Shown here: positions 9,504 to 19,501 of the stretch, piece by piece
Numbering within the stretch: the first letter of the stretch is position 1
How the letters are laid out: each line of letters opens with the position of its first letter
Source: an uncultured Verrucomicrobiae bacterium
GTDB taxonomy: Bacteria; Verrucomicrobiota; Verrucomicrobiia; Limisphaerales; Palsa-1400
Reading direction: 5' to 3'
Assembly: GCA_963707025.1 (NCBI GenBank)
Contig: CAVPOM010000013.1
Location: 64,001 to 128,000, forward strand
Length of the DNA stretch: 64,000 bases
Translations under genes and position numbers: made by a program
The notes under the pieces: generated by a model
Told to the model about the DNA's origin: nothing
Seen by the model: the letters and a program-made list of their open reading frames with translations, nothing else
Databases searched by the model: none

Positions 9504-9783
9504 GGCAGAATGGCGGATTGTTTACCCTCCGTAGGCTCGGCGAAGGAGGGCGGATTTCCTCCTCCGCTAAAGCTACTGAGGACAGGGTGAATTGCGGATT
9601 GCGACGCACGCGCAAGCCTGCCGGTCGCGTCGCCGCTCTGCGCCGACGTGGATGGATGGTCGGGCACACCCCAAAATCTTTCGGGGCCGGCCCCTGGCGG
9701 ATTGCCAATGGAGCGATGGACGCTGCGATATCATGGCCCCGATTATGCCGCCTCTTCACCACCCGTCAAGACACCGGGTCGTG

Positions 9784-9875
9784 TGGCAGTGCCTTAATTT
9801 GGTGTAGAGTCGAGCCTGTGGCTCGACTTCGGCGCACAGCGCCGACACTACAACAATGCAATTAAGGCACTACCA
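9784..9875. repeat. MITE-like element with 16-bp terminal IRs and an internal palindrome
   Basis: TGGCAGTGCCTTAATT ... AATTAAGGCACTACCA. A diverged second copy lies at about 34566-34652. Confidence 0.65.
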
Positions 9876-10219
9876 GTCGCGTCCCAAATCCTGGCCGAAT
9901 CCGGACGCGATAGATTCCGGGGAGCACACGTCCCGATTCCGAATCGGGATGTCGCGGGCCGCGCCCTCGCGTCCCGCCTCAGACTCCCCTCGTCAGAAGC
10001 TCCGCCCCGGATTTCTCTTTACCGCTCCGCTCCTCCATTTTACTTTCCATCCATGGCGAAGAAAACCCCGACTGCGGAAGACCAGCCCGTTCCCCAGGGC
10101 GCGGACTCAAACCCAACGCCGCTTGCCCGCCGCCCCTCCTCACTGGTGGACATCGCTCCATCCAGGTTGAGGAGCGCGCCTTCCGGTTTGAAGAAGACGA
10201 CGAAACCGAGGGAGAAAAA

Positions 10220-10975
10220 GTGAGCTGGCCCAATCCGGAAAGATTTGGCGATTTCCTTGTCTTTGTTGACGAGAGCGGCGACCACGGGCTGGCGCGTGTT
10301 GACCCCGGTTATCCCATTTTCGTCCTGGCCTTCTGCCTGTTCGCGAAAGACGATTACATCGAGCGGATTGCCTCGGCCTTGCAGCACTTGAAGTTTCGTT
10401 TTTGGGGTCACGACGAGCAAGTGCTGCACGAGCATGAGATTCGGAAGCCCAACAAGTATTACGGCTTCCTTTTCGATCCAGCCAAACGCACAGAGTTCCT
10501 CGACGCGATAAACAAGCTAGTGGACGAAGCGTCATTCCAACTTGTGGCAGCGGTCATTCGCAAGCTGGAGTTTCGTAACCAGCATGCGTTGCCGGGCAAT
10601 CCTTACGACTTGGCATTACAGTTTGGACTGGAACGAATCTACCTGGAACTGAACAGGCGCGGGCAGGCGGGCAAAATCACGCACATCATCGTGGAAAAAC
10701 GTGGGGAAAAGGAGGACAACCAACTTGAACTGGCCTTTCGCCGGATTTGTGCCGGTGCGAACGCCCTGAACCAACGGTTGCCGTTTGAACTGGTGATGAT
10801 TCCCAAGGCCTCCAACTCAACCGGTTTGCAGATTGCCGACTTGGTGGCGCGTCCCATCGGGATCAAGGTGCTACGACCGGCGCAACCGAACCGGGCGCAT
10901 GACATTGTGGCCAAGAAGTTCTGTCGCAGCCCGGCGGGCGAAATGAAAGACTGGGGATTGAAGGTGGTTCCCTGA
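10220..10975 (+). CDS. DUF3800 domain-containing protein
   Basis: N-terminal FVDESGD, LHEHEIR and C-terminal GLQIADLVARPIG. Confidence 0.88.
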   Translation: MSWPNPERFGDFLVFVDESGDHGLARVDPGYPIFVLAFCLFAKDDYIERIASALQHLKFRFWGHDEQVLHEHEIRKPNKYYGFLFDPAKRTEFLDAINKLVDEASFQLVAAVIRKLEFRNQHALPGNPYDLALQFGLERIYLELNRRGQAGKITHIIVEKRGEKEDNQLELAFRRICAGANALNQRLPFELVMIPKASNSTGLQIADLVARPIGIKVLRPAQPNRAHDIVAKKFCRSPAGEMKDWGLKVVP

Positions 10976-11041
10976 AAATGCGAAGGGCCTCCGGGAAACC
11001 CAGAAGCCCAGCGCCGACCGGAGATTTCCAGTCCGACTTGA
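10976..11041. ncRNA. Candidate DUF3800-associated structured RNA (strand uncertain)
   Basis: Two hairpins directly after the stop: GGGCCTCCGGG-AAA-CCCAGAAGCCC and GACCGGA-GATT-TCCAGTC. DUF3800 genes are known to be flanked by conserved RNA motifs. Confidence 0.55.
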
Positions 11042-11328
11042 GCAGAACATGCCCGGCCGGAAAGCAAAAGTCAACTCCCTATAATTTGATGTTGCAAAGA
11101 AAGGGGAAAGGGGGCGGTTCCTGGCATTGCCGCATGGTTGACAAGGCAGGTCATGGCGGGCGTCAGCCATTTTGTCACTTTTACGAGGCGCAGGCCCGCC
11201 CGAAAACGGCTCCTCTGGCGCAGTGCGTCGCTCGGACCCTTGCAGATTGGAGCCTTCCCACTTTTGCCCCATGAGCACTTTTTTTGAACAGAAGCAAACA
11301 ATGGGAACGCGCAAAAACAGCTTCCAGA

Positions 11329-11546
11329 CATCAGCCGTCATGCAAACCTTTGCCAAGTGAAAACGCTGGCAGAAAAATGGAGGCAGAAAAATGAAATTGG
11401 CCCGCTTCGCTCTGAACGGGGGGCAGGGCGTATTATATTTCTGCCCCGGATATTTCTGACATCGTTGGAGAGAAAGATCGGAAACTGCTTTTGCGCGCGC
11501 CCAAAAAAAACGAAGAGCGGCAACTCCTTCGTTGCCTTCTGTTCGC
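11329..11546 (+). repeat. Dispersed non-coding repeat of about 217 bp, copy 1
   Basis: Close inverted copy at 41184-41402. Confidence 0.85.
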
Positions 11547-12264
11547 CTTGGCCGCTTTGCCTTGAAAGCTCTTTCTTATCCGTGGAATCCGCGAAACCTG
11601 TCCTCCGTAGGCCGGGCGAAGGAGGATCCGTAATTCAATTCCGCTGGTTTCAGTTTGCCTTTCTTGGCGTCTTGCCGTTCACTATGGGGCGACAAATGTA
11701 TCCAAGTACCTAATGATTAAGACCTTGCAAAAATCCGCATCCTTCCGCATTTTTCCTTTGACAATCCGTGTGTAAATGCTAATCTTTCCTGAGTTATGAG
11801 GGCCGTCCATATGGAGTGCGGGAGCTGGCTCCCGCTTTTGCGCCGGGAACGATTCCCGGAAAGCAAAGCGGCGCCGGCCCGCCGGCACACTCCAAAGTGT
11901 CCGCGGTTCCCAGTCCAACAGACGGCCCCGGCGAGGGTCTTGGAATCCGCTTCATCCTGTTCATCCTCTGCCTTCCGCTTGCCGCGCCGCAGGCTTGGCG
12001 GAGGCGGGATGTCGCGCCAATCTGTCGCACCCCTGCAAACCATGTCGTTATCCCCCTGCTTCCCATTTTGCATTTTGCATTTCCTGTCCTCCCGCAGCCA
12101 TGCGGAGGCGGATGCATTTTGCATTTGTCTCCTGCCGGTCAAACCGGTCAAACCCAAGGCTGTCCGGTCAAGGAGGGGATAAAAATGTGGAAGGCCCTTG
12201 CCTGCAAGGTGTTGCAGAGCCATTTGGACGTGATCGAAGCAGAGGCGGTCAAACCGAGTCAAAC

Positions 12265-14222
12265 GTTGCGCCAGTGAAGTTGGTTGGAACGCGGGTGAAA
12301 GTCCCGTCCGTCGAATTAGGCTGTTCACGACGGAACACGACCTCAACAGCGCCGCCGCGAGGCGGGGTTGGAAGCTGAGGGAGATGAACAGACGGGCCGT
12401 AATGAAAATGAACCACATCCAATGAGCCTCGATAAGTTTAGAACCGGAGACAAGCCGAGCCGCTGTTTGACCGGCGAAGGCCGCAGGGAGGAGGCAGGGC
12501 AACAGTCAGAGCCTTCTCAACGCTCCGGCGGGGTCGGCGTGGACGGCACGTCTGGAAGTTCAACCAAGGTAAGCTGGGAGAACTCCGGCGGCGGGCGGCC
12601 AGCCCAACCGCCCGCGCAAGCTGGCAAGACCAGTCAGGCGAGCGGCCCTGCCGGAGAAGTCGGAGTTCCTCATAGTAGCGTGGACTTGTTTGCGCTCCAG
12701 GCGGATTTCCGCCGGGAGTTGCGCGAGCGAACGCAAAGGGGGAACACTTGCTCAATGCGTGGAGGCGAAGCGAAGGATGCGGGGATGGCCGGGGCGACCC
12801 GGATAGCAACCCCGGAGAAAGTTCGGCAGCTTCAAATCGCGCTCTATCGGAAAGCCAAAGCAGAGCCGAAGTATCGGTTCTGGAGCCTGTATGGGGAATT
12901 GCTGCGCAAGGACGTGCTCGAAACCGCCTTGGCAGCGCAACAGCGCAACGGCGGGGCCGCGGGAGTGGACGGACAGAGTATGGAGTCCATCACCGCCGAC
13001 CCGGCCCTGCGCCAGCAATGGCTCGACCGCCTGCAAGCAGAACTCAAAGCCAAGACGTATCGGGCCAGCCCGGTGCGGCGGGTGATGATTCCCAAGAGCA
13101 GCGGAGGGGAACGGCCGTTGGGCATCCCGACGGTCAAGGACCGGGTGGTGCAAACGGCGGTGTATCTGGTGCTGATGCCGATCTTGGAGGCGGACTTTCA
13201 TCCGCGCTCCTACGGCTTTCGGCCCAAACGCCGGGCACACCAAGCCATTGCGGAAATCCAACAAGCAGTGCAGCAAGGCTACGTGGAAATCATCGACGCG
13301 GACCTGACGAAATATTTCGACACGATTCCGCACCGGGAACTGATGAAGGCCGTGGCCCGGCGGGTCAGCGACGGCAGCGTGCTGCGGCTCCTCAAGAGCT
13401 GGCTGCGCGCCCCGGTCGCGGAGGAAGACCAGGACGGCACCAAGCGAGTGATCCCCAACCGGCGCGGCACGCCGCAAGGCGGGGTCATCTCGCCGCTGCT
13501 GGCCAACCTCTACCTCAACCCGCTGGATCACGGGGTGAACGAGAAAACCTCCGGCCAAGCCCGCATGGTGCGCTACGCCGATGACTTTGTCATCGCGTGC
13601 GCGGCGGGGTGCGGCGGAGGGCTGATAGCGCGGCTCAAGAAATGGCTTCGAGCCAAAGGGCTGACCCTCAACGAAGTCAAAACCCGAATTGTGAACATTC
13701 GCAAGGAAGGGATCAACTTCCTGGGCTTCAACCTGACCTGGCGCAAGTCCTTTGGAGGGCGCGGCTACCTGCACGTTCAACCCAGCCAGAAAAGCCGGGG
13801 GCCCTGCGCGAGAAACTGGGCGGCATCCTCAACCACTGGACGCAGGGGCGTCCGATACAGGAGGTGGTCAAAGAGGTCAACCAAGTCTTGCGCGGATGGG
13901 CGGGCTACTTCCACTACGGCAACAGCGTCTCGGTGATGAACCGGATGAAACACTACAGCCAAAACCGTTTTCGGCGCTGGCTGTGGCGCAAACACGGTTG
14001 CCGCCGCAGCCTGTGGGAACACTACGTTCCCGAGCAGTTGCACCAGCGTTATGGACTCTATGAACTGCCGACCACGGCGAAGTGGAAGGCGGCCCGATGA
14101 ATGAGTTCGGAGAGCCGAATATGGGAAATCCGTCCGTTCGGTTCGATGAGGGGCGAAGTGGCAGCGCGAGACTGACAACTGCGGTCAGTTCAATCCGCCT
14201 CCTTCCACTTCGCCTACTCTAC
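12265..14222 (+). mobile_element. Group II intron (RT/maturase, no endonuclease domain)
   Basis: 5' end GTTGCGCCAG. EBS1 loop GTTTGAC (12465-12471) is complementary to the 5' exon GTCAAAC. Domain V GAGCCGAATATGGGAAATCCGTCCGTTCGGTTC (about 14112-14144). Domain VI ends ...CCTACTCTAC. Confidence 0.9.
12785..14100 (+). CDS. ltrA: Group II intron reverse transcriptase/maturase (1-nt frameshift at about 13800)
   Basis: RPLGIPTVKDRVVQ, SYGFRP, GTPQGGVISPLLANLYL and RYADD. Domain X (LRGWAGYFHYG) continues in another frame after a G5 run. Confidence 0.9.
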
Positions 14223-14577
14223 CATTTTTTAACCATGACCAACCCTGACCATGAGCCGCCACCCCGCCCTGTCCGCTCCGGGATTAAATCCGGTTCGCCC
14301 GAGACTGGCGCGGTTCCGGGTGCGCGGAAAGTCGCGGGCATTCGTGGATTCCTCCCATTTTGCATTTTGCATTTCCTGTCCTCCCGCAGCCATGCGCAGG
14401 AGGATGCATTCTGGGCATTCTGCATTTCTTCCACCGCTCCACCACACCCGGGCGCTGGGTCCCAATCAAGGCAATCAAGGCCAATCAAGGTGTTTTTAAA
14501 CCAGTTTGCCCATTGACAAAAACGCAGTTTGCCATTGTCTTTTAAGCGGGGCATGCTGGGACAACGCCCTGGACCAA

Positions 14578-15237
14578 ATGGAGACCGAATACAAAATCAT
14601 CGGCGGAGACGGAGCCGAATACGGCCCGGCCTCGCTGGACGAATTGAAAAGCTGGATCGGCGACGGCCGCGTGGCCGGCTCGACGCAGGTTTGGCGCAGT
14701 GATCTGGCCCTGTGGACGCCGGCGGCCCGCTACGCCGAACTGCATCAGGCCCTGGCGCGGCTCCATGCTTCGCTGTCCCCGGCGGCGCAGGGCCGGACGC
14801 TGCGCGCGGCGGGATTTTGGCCGCGTCTGGGAGCTTACCTGCTGGACCGGGTGGTGCTGGCCATGCTTTTTCGATTGATTTGCCAGTGGAAACATTGGGA
14901 GATGCCCATCTTTCCGGAGGTGTTAAACAAGGATACCTTTCAGCAATACCTGGACCAATGCGCCCAATTGTTGCCCTACTGGCTGGTCTTGACCGTGCTC
15001 TATGATGTGCTGCTCAACGGAACCTTTGGCGCCACCTTGGGCAAGATGGCGGTGGGCGCGAAAATTATCGGCGCGGACGGTTCCGCGCTCGGCTACAGCC
15101 GGGCGCTGTTGCGCTCGCTGGCGGCGCGCTTCACCGAGATGATGCTCTGCGTCGGCTACCTGTGGATTGTGGTGCGCTCCGACAAACGGGGCCTGCACGA
15201 TCTGCTGGCTGGCACGCGGGTGGTTTTGCAACGATGA
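14578..15237 (+). CDS. RDD family membrane protein with GYF_2-like N-terminal domain
   Basis: YKIIGGDGAEYGP..WI.DGR..TQVW, then AGFWPRLGAYLLD, GATLGKM and KRGLHDLLAGTRVV. Confidence 0.88.
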   Translation: METEYKIIGGDGAEYGPASLDELKSWIGDGRVAGSTQVWRSDLALWTPAARYAELHQALARLHASLSPAAQGRTLRAAGFWPRLGAYLLDRVVLAMLFRLICQWKHWEMPIFPEVLNKDTFQQYLDQCAQLLPYWLVLTVLYDVLLNGTFGATLGKMAVGAKIIGADGSALGYSRALLRSLAARFTEMMLCVGYLWIVVRSDKRGLHDLLAGTRVVLQR

Positions 15238-15761
15238 ACTCCCCCGGCAACCGGCGCATGATATTGATCGCGGCCCTGGTCCTGGCGCTGGATCAAGCGA
15301 CCAAAAACCTGGTGCTCCAATTCCTGGGGCCCCGGCAGGACCGGATCATCATTGACGGGTTTTTCCGGCTGGTCAACTGGGGCAACACGGGCGCGGCCTG
15401 GAGCCTGTTCCGCGACCGCAACGAGGTGCTGGCCTGGGTCTCCGCGGCCGCCCTGGCGGGCCTGGTGGTGTGGCGCCGCCATTTCCACGTCCAAACCCTG
15501 CTGGGCCAGATTTCCCTGGGCCTGATCTGCGGGGGCATCGCCGGAAATCTTATTGACAGAATCAACCCCGCGCGCCACCAGGTGGTTGATTTTCTGCGCT
15601 TTTATCTCTACACCCGCAACGGCGCGGAAATCGGCTTCCCCGCCTTCAACGTGGCCGACAGCGCGATTTGCGTGGGCGTCGGATTGCTTATCCTGGTTTC
15701 CTGCCGCCTGGAATCCGCCGCCCCCGCCCGCTCCGCGCCGGAAGCGGGGGTGGAAAATTGA
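15234..15761 (+). CDS. lspA: Lipoprotein signal peptidase II
   Basis: LDQATK, NTGAAWS, GNLIDR, VVDF and FNVADSAI motifs. Confidence 0.95.
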   Translation: MNSPGNRRMILIAALVLALDQATKNLVLQFLGPRQDRIIIDGFFRLVNWGNTGAAWSLFRDRNEVLAWVSAAALAGLVVWRRHFHVQTLLGQISLGLICGGIAGNLIDRINPARHQVVDFLRFYLYTRNGAEIGFPAFNVADSAICVGVGLLILVSCRLESAAPARSAPEAGVEN

Positions 15762-15806
15762 GCGGGGCGCATGGCGGAGGGTGGAGGCAGAGGTTGAGTT
15801 GCCCAA

Positions 15807-16781
15807 ATGGAAGGGCCTTCTTTGAACTCGCGACGTGAAATCACGGTGGGGCAGTCGCTTCCGCTGGAGCGGCTGGACGCGTTTTTGCGGACGCAGTTTC
15901 CCGGCGTCTCGCGCGGGACCATCCAACGGCTCCTGGGCCAGGGCCATATCCGGGTCAATGGCCGGCCGGCCAAACCGTCCCATCATCCCCGGGCCGGCGA
16001 AGTCGTCAGCGTGTCCTGGCCGGAGGCCGGGCCGCCCCAAGCCGGGCCGGAGGACATCCCGCTGGACATTCTTTACGAAGACGAGGACCTGCTGGCGCTG
16101 AACAAGCCGCCCGGGCTGGTCGTTCACCCGGCGGCCGGCCACCCGGCCCATACGCTGGTCAACGCCCTGCTCCATCATTGCGCCGGACAGCTCAGCGGCA
16201 TCGGCGGGGTGGCGCGGCCCGGCATCGTCCATCGTCTTGACAAGGATACCAGCGGCTGCCTGGTCGTGGCCAAAAACGACGCCGCCCACCTCCATTTGTC
16301 CGGGCAATTTGCCGCCCGCGCGGTGGAAAAGACCTATGAAGCCATCATCTGCGGCCAATGGCCCGGTCCGGGCGGTGAAGTGGACGCCCCCATCGCCCGC
16401 CATCGCCTGGACCGCAAACGCATGGCGGCCGGCGCCGGCCGCCCGGCGCGCACCACCTTCCGCGTGCTGGAATGGCTGCGCGGGGCCACGCGCGTGGAGG
16501 TGGATTTGCACACCGGCCGCACCCATCAAATCCGCGTCCACTTCCAACACCTCGGCTACCCTGTGGTGGGGGACTCGGTTTATGGCCGGCGGCACAACGC
16601 GCGTCTGGTCCAGACCACCGGCTGCCGCGCGCCCCGCCAAATGCTCCACGCCCGCAAACTGGCCCTGACCCATCCCCGCACCGGACGGCGCCTGGTTTTT
16701 GAGGCCCCGATTCCCGCGGATTTCGCTGTCATTTTGCGACTGCTTCGGCTACCATTGTCAATGAAACGACGCGGCGGTTGA
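15807..16781 (+). CDS. rluD: RluA/RluD family pseudouridine synthase
   Basis: S4-like N-terminus, NKPPGLVVHP, GIVHRLDKDTSG, TGRTHQIRVH; follows lspA. Confidence 0.92.
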   Translation: MEGPSLNSRREITVGQSLPLERLDAFLRTQFPGVSRGTIQRLLGQGHIRVNGRPAKPSHHPRAGEVVSVSWPEAGPPQAGPEDIPLDILYEDEDLLALNKPPGLVVHPAAGHPAHTLVNALLHHCAGQLSGIGGVARPGIVHRLDKDTSGCLVVAKNDAAHLHLSGQFAARAVEKTYEAIICGQWPGPGGEVDAPIARHRLDRKRMAAGAGRPARTTFRVLEWLRGATRVEVDLHTGRTHQIRVHFQHLGYPVVGDSVYGRRHNARLVQTTGCRAPRQMLHARKLALTHPRTGRRLVFEAPIPADFAVILRLLRLPLSMKRRGG

Positions 16782-16907
16782 GTCCGATCAGTTTTTTCAA
16801 AGGTTTTTGCAATAAAAGAGCGTCTAATGTGTCGTAGATGATGAGGGAAGCTGGGCTTGGCCAGGGCGGGAGTTGAGGGAAGGTTCTGACAGTCAGCGAG
16901 TTGGAAT

Positions 16908-17554
16908 ATGAGCCAGTACAAATATGCGTGTCCGTATTGCGGACAGCACATGGAATATACCGACGCGCATTCTGGCATGCATATCGCTTGTCCGAAGTGC
17001 CAGCATCCCATCGTCTTGCCGGCCATTCCGGCTGGCAAACTGACCACTTCGCTGCGCCTGGTGCGGCCGGTGGCCAGCCGGCGGCCAAATTTCAGTTCAC
17101 TTTGGCGGGGATCGTGCTGGCTTTGCGGGGCTTCCAGCATTGGAAGATTGTGGGGATGTGCCTGGTGCCCTTTGTCCTGGTGGCCGGAGCTTTGGTGGCG
17201 GCCTCCGCCTCGGCCCGCCACCCAGCGGTCGCGCCGGCAGCGCCCGCCGGGGTGGTGGTGGACCCGCAGGCCTTGGACACGTTGACGGACTTGACCCGCG
17301 CCGACCAGTTGGTGCAGGACCAGTTGGCGGTGGTCAGCCGCGCCTTCGCCGCCTGTCAAGCCGCCGAAAAGAAACAGGAGGCGCTGCACAGCCAGCATCG
17401 CGGCCCGGTTGGCCCGGCGACTTTCCAAGCGGTGGACGAAGCCGCCAAGCGGGCGCATCAGGCCCTGGCCAATGCCCGGAAAGAGTTCGAGACAGCCTTC
17501 GCCCATTACCAAAAGCTCGGCGGCACCATAGATTACCGGCGCCAATTGCCCTGA
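16908..17554 (+). CDS. Hypothetical zinc-ribbon/membrane protein (apparent frameshift near 17095)
   Basis: CPYCGQH...CPKC N-terminus in one frame; TM segment and coiled-coil C-terminus in another. Confidence 0.55.
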
Positions 17555-17666
17555 TTCTTCCCGGCCCGGCGGAAGGCGCTTCGGTCATCATTATCGCTGA
17601 CATCCGGGAATCATCCCGAACGCCCCAAACCAGGGAAACCAATTTGTTCATGGTTCCGGCAGACGG

Positions 17667-19064
17667 TCATGGCGGGCGGGTCTCGCCGATGGCCAGGAGT
17701 TGGTGGCGCGTGCGGTAGAAAAGGGTCCCGTCCGAAACAGCCGCGGTGGAAAGGCAGGTTTCGTTGAGGACGTTGGTCGCGGTGACGGAGAAGCCTCCGT
17801 TGGCGGGGATCACATAGACATTTCCAACCTCACTTGTAAAGTACAAATTCCGCCCGTCGGACACGGGAGAGGCGGTAAAACCTTCCGACCCATTGCCCAG
17901 ACGTTCGCTGTAGCGGAGCGCGCCGGTCCTGGCTGCGAAACAGCTCACGATTCCGTAATCAAAGCAGCCGTAAAGGAAGTCACCGACCACAATCGGCGTT
18001 TGCATGTAGTTTCCCTTGTTCTCCTGCAGCCAGGCCACGCCGGGACTGGCCGGCGGCGCGCCGGTCGGAGTGAGGTCGCCGTGCGCATCGAGCCAAACCG
18101 CGCGCATCGGGCGTTTGGATCCGTGGCCGCTGGTGAAGTAGGCCAGGCCGCCGGCCACGATGGGCGTGGGGACGGGCACGTCGCCGCCGCCGTCCAGTTT
18201 CCAGATTTCCTGGCCGCCGGCGAAGTCGTAGGCACCGGTGTGGTGCCAGCCGTTGACCAGAATCTCGGTTCGTTCAGCCACCTTGGCCACCGTCGGCGTG
18301 CCCCAGGTGGGAACGTCGCGCCGCGGCGTGCGCCATAATTCACGCCCATCGGCCAGATCGAACTCGGCCAGGAACGAATCCCCCAGCACATCGCACAGCA
18401 CCACCACTTTGCCATCATGAATCACCGGCGAACTGGAAAATCCCCACTGCGCGTTGGTAGCCATATAGTACCCGGACCTCATCGGGCCGAGGTCCTTTTT
18501 CCACAGCAGCCCGCCCTCGCGATCAAAACAGAACAACCCTTCCGAACCGAAAATCGCCGCGATCCGTTGTCCATCGGTCGCGGGTGTCGCATTGCAGTGG
18601 GTTGATTTGGGATGGCGTTTGCCCCGTGGAATCCCTTCGCAGCCCAGCTTGTCCCACACGATCCTGCCCGTGTCCTTCTCCAAGGCCAGCAAGCGCCACT
18701 GATGCGACTCCTGGTCGTTGGCCGGCGTGATGTCGCCGTAAAGACCCACCTTCACATCCTGATTGCCGGGGCCGACCGCGGTGGCGACGTAAACCCTGTT
18801 TCCCCATATAATGGGCGAAGAATGCGCCAGCCCGGGAATCGCTGTGTGCCAGCGGATGTTCCCGCCTTCTGCGACATTCCAGTGAATTGGCGTCGGCGCG
18901 CCCGCCTCCACCCCGCCGGCCCCGGGACCGCGAAACTGGGGCCAGTCGGCAGCCGCGGCGCCGCCGGCCCAAAGGAGAGCCAGGAAAAACTCGGCGTTGC
19001 GTGTGTTGCTCACGTTGGAAAGGAAACAAAAAACCAGCCGCGCCGTCAAGCGCGCCGGTGCCAT
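17667..19064 (-). CDS. PQQ-like (BamB-type) beta-propeller protein, secreted
   Basis: Signal-like segment then DWPQFRGP, with repeated SSP/TP..W propeller motifs; start may be GTG near 19013. Confidence 0.85.
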   Translation of the reverse strand: MAPARLTARLVFCFLSNVSNTRNAEFFLALLWAGGAAAADWPQFRGPGAGGVEAGAPTPIHWNVAEGGNIRWHTAIPGLAHSSPIIWGNRVYVATAVGPGNQDVKVGLYGDITPANDQESHQWRLLALEKDTGRIVWDKLGCEGIPRGKRHPKSTHCNATPATDGQRIAAIFGSEGLFCFDREGGLLWKKDLGPMRSGYYMATNAQWGFSSSPVIHDGKVVVLCDVLGDSFLAEFDLADGRELWRTPRRDVPTWGTPTVAKVAERTEILVNGWHHTGAYDFAGGQEIWKLDGGGDVPVPTPIVAGGLAYFTSGHGSKRPMRAVWLDAHGDLTPTGAPPASPGVAWLQENKGNYMQTPIVVGDFLYGCFDYGIVSCFAARTGALRYSERLGNGSEGFTASPVSDGRNLYFTSEVGNVYVIPANGGFSVTATNVLNETCLSTAAVSDGTLFYRTRHQLLAIGETRPP

Positions 19065-19501
19065 CGCGGCAACGAAGGGACCCCTGCATTATTCCGCCCG
19101 CATTTTTCCGGCATCGTTTTCGTTTTGAAAATGTTGGAGGAAGGCCCGTTCTCAGAAAGTCATTTTTGTAAAGGGGTAGGCGTCGGTCCCGAATGGCCCT
19201 TAGATAATGCGTAAAGCACTGCCAATCAACGAGCTCTGTGAGTGCTCCGTAATCACCGACGCCGAAAGCCGCGATGCATCTCCGAGGGAAGCCACAAATG
19301 CGATTTTTCTGGCTTTCCTGCCCGTTTGAAAATCGCATTATGTAAGGTGCTGCAAATAAACATATTAAGAGCAGAATTCCTTATCTAAGGGCCATTCTTA
19401 ACTGATAACCTTTATGACCCCTGTACGATTGGGCTAAAGCAACCGGAAGCGAATCCGGCCAACAGCAGCGCGCCAAAAAGGAGCAACGATTATTTTTTAT
19501 A

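Noticed and set aside
7608..9590. Long antisense ORFs (e.g. 7608..9590, 31546..33405, 34906..36603, 688..2094)
   Set aside because: Shadows of real genes in GC-rich DNA with no recognisable motifs.
12785..14100. RT as a DGR, retron or defence RT
   Set aside because: It is embedded in recognisable group II intron RNA domains and has a maturase domain X; no template/variable repeat pair was seen.
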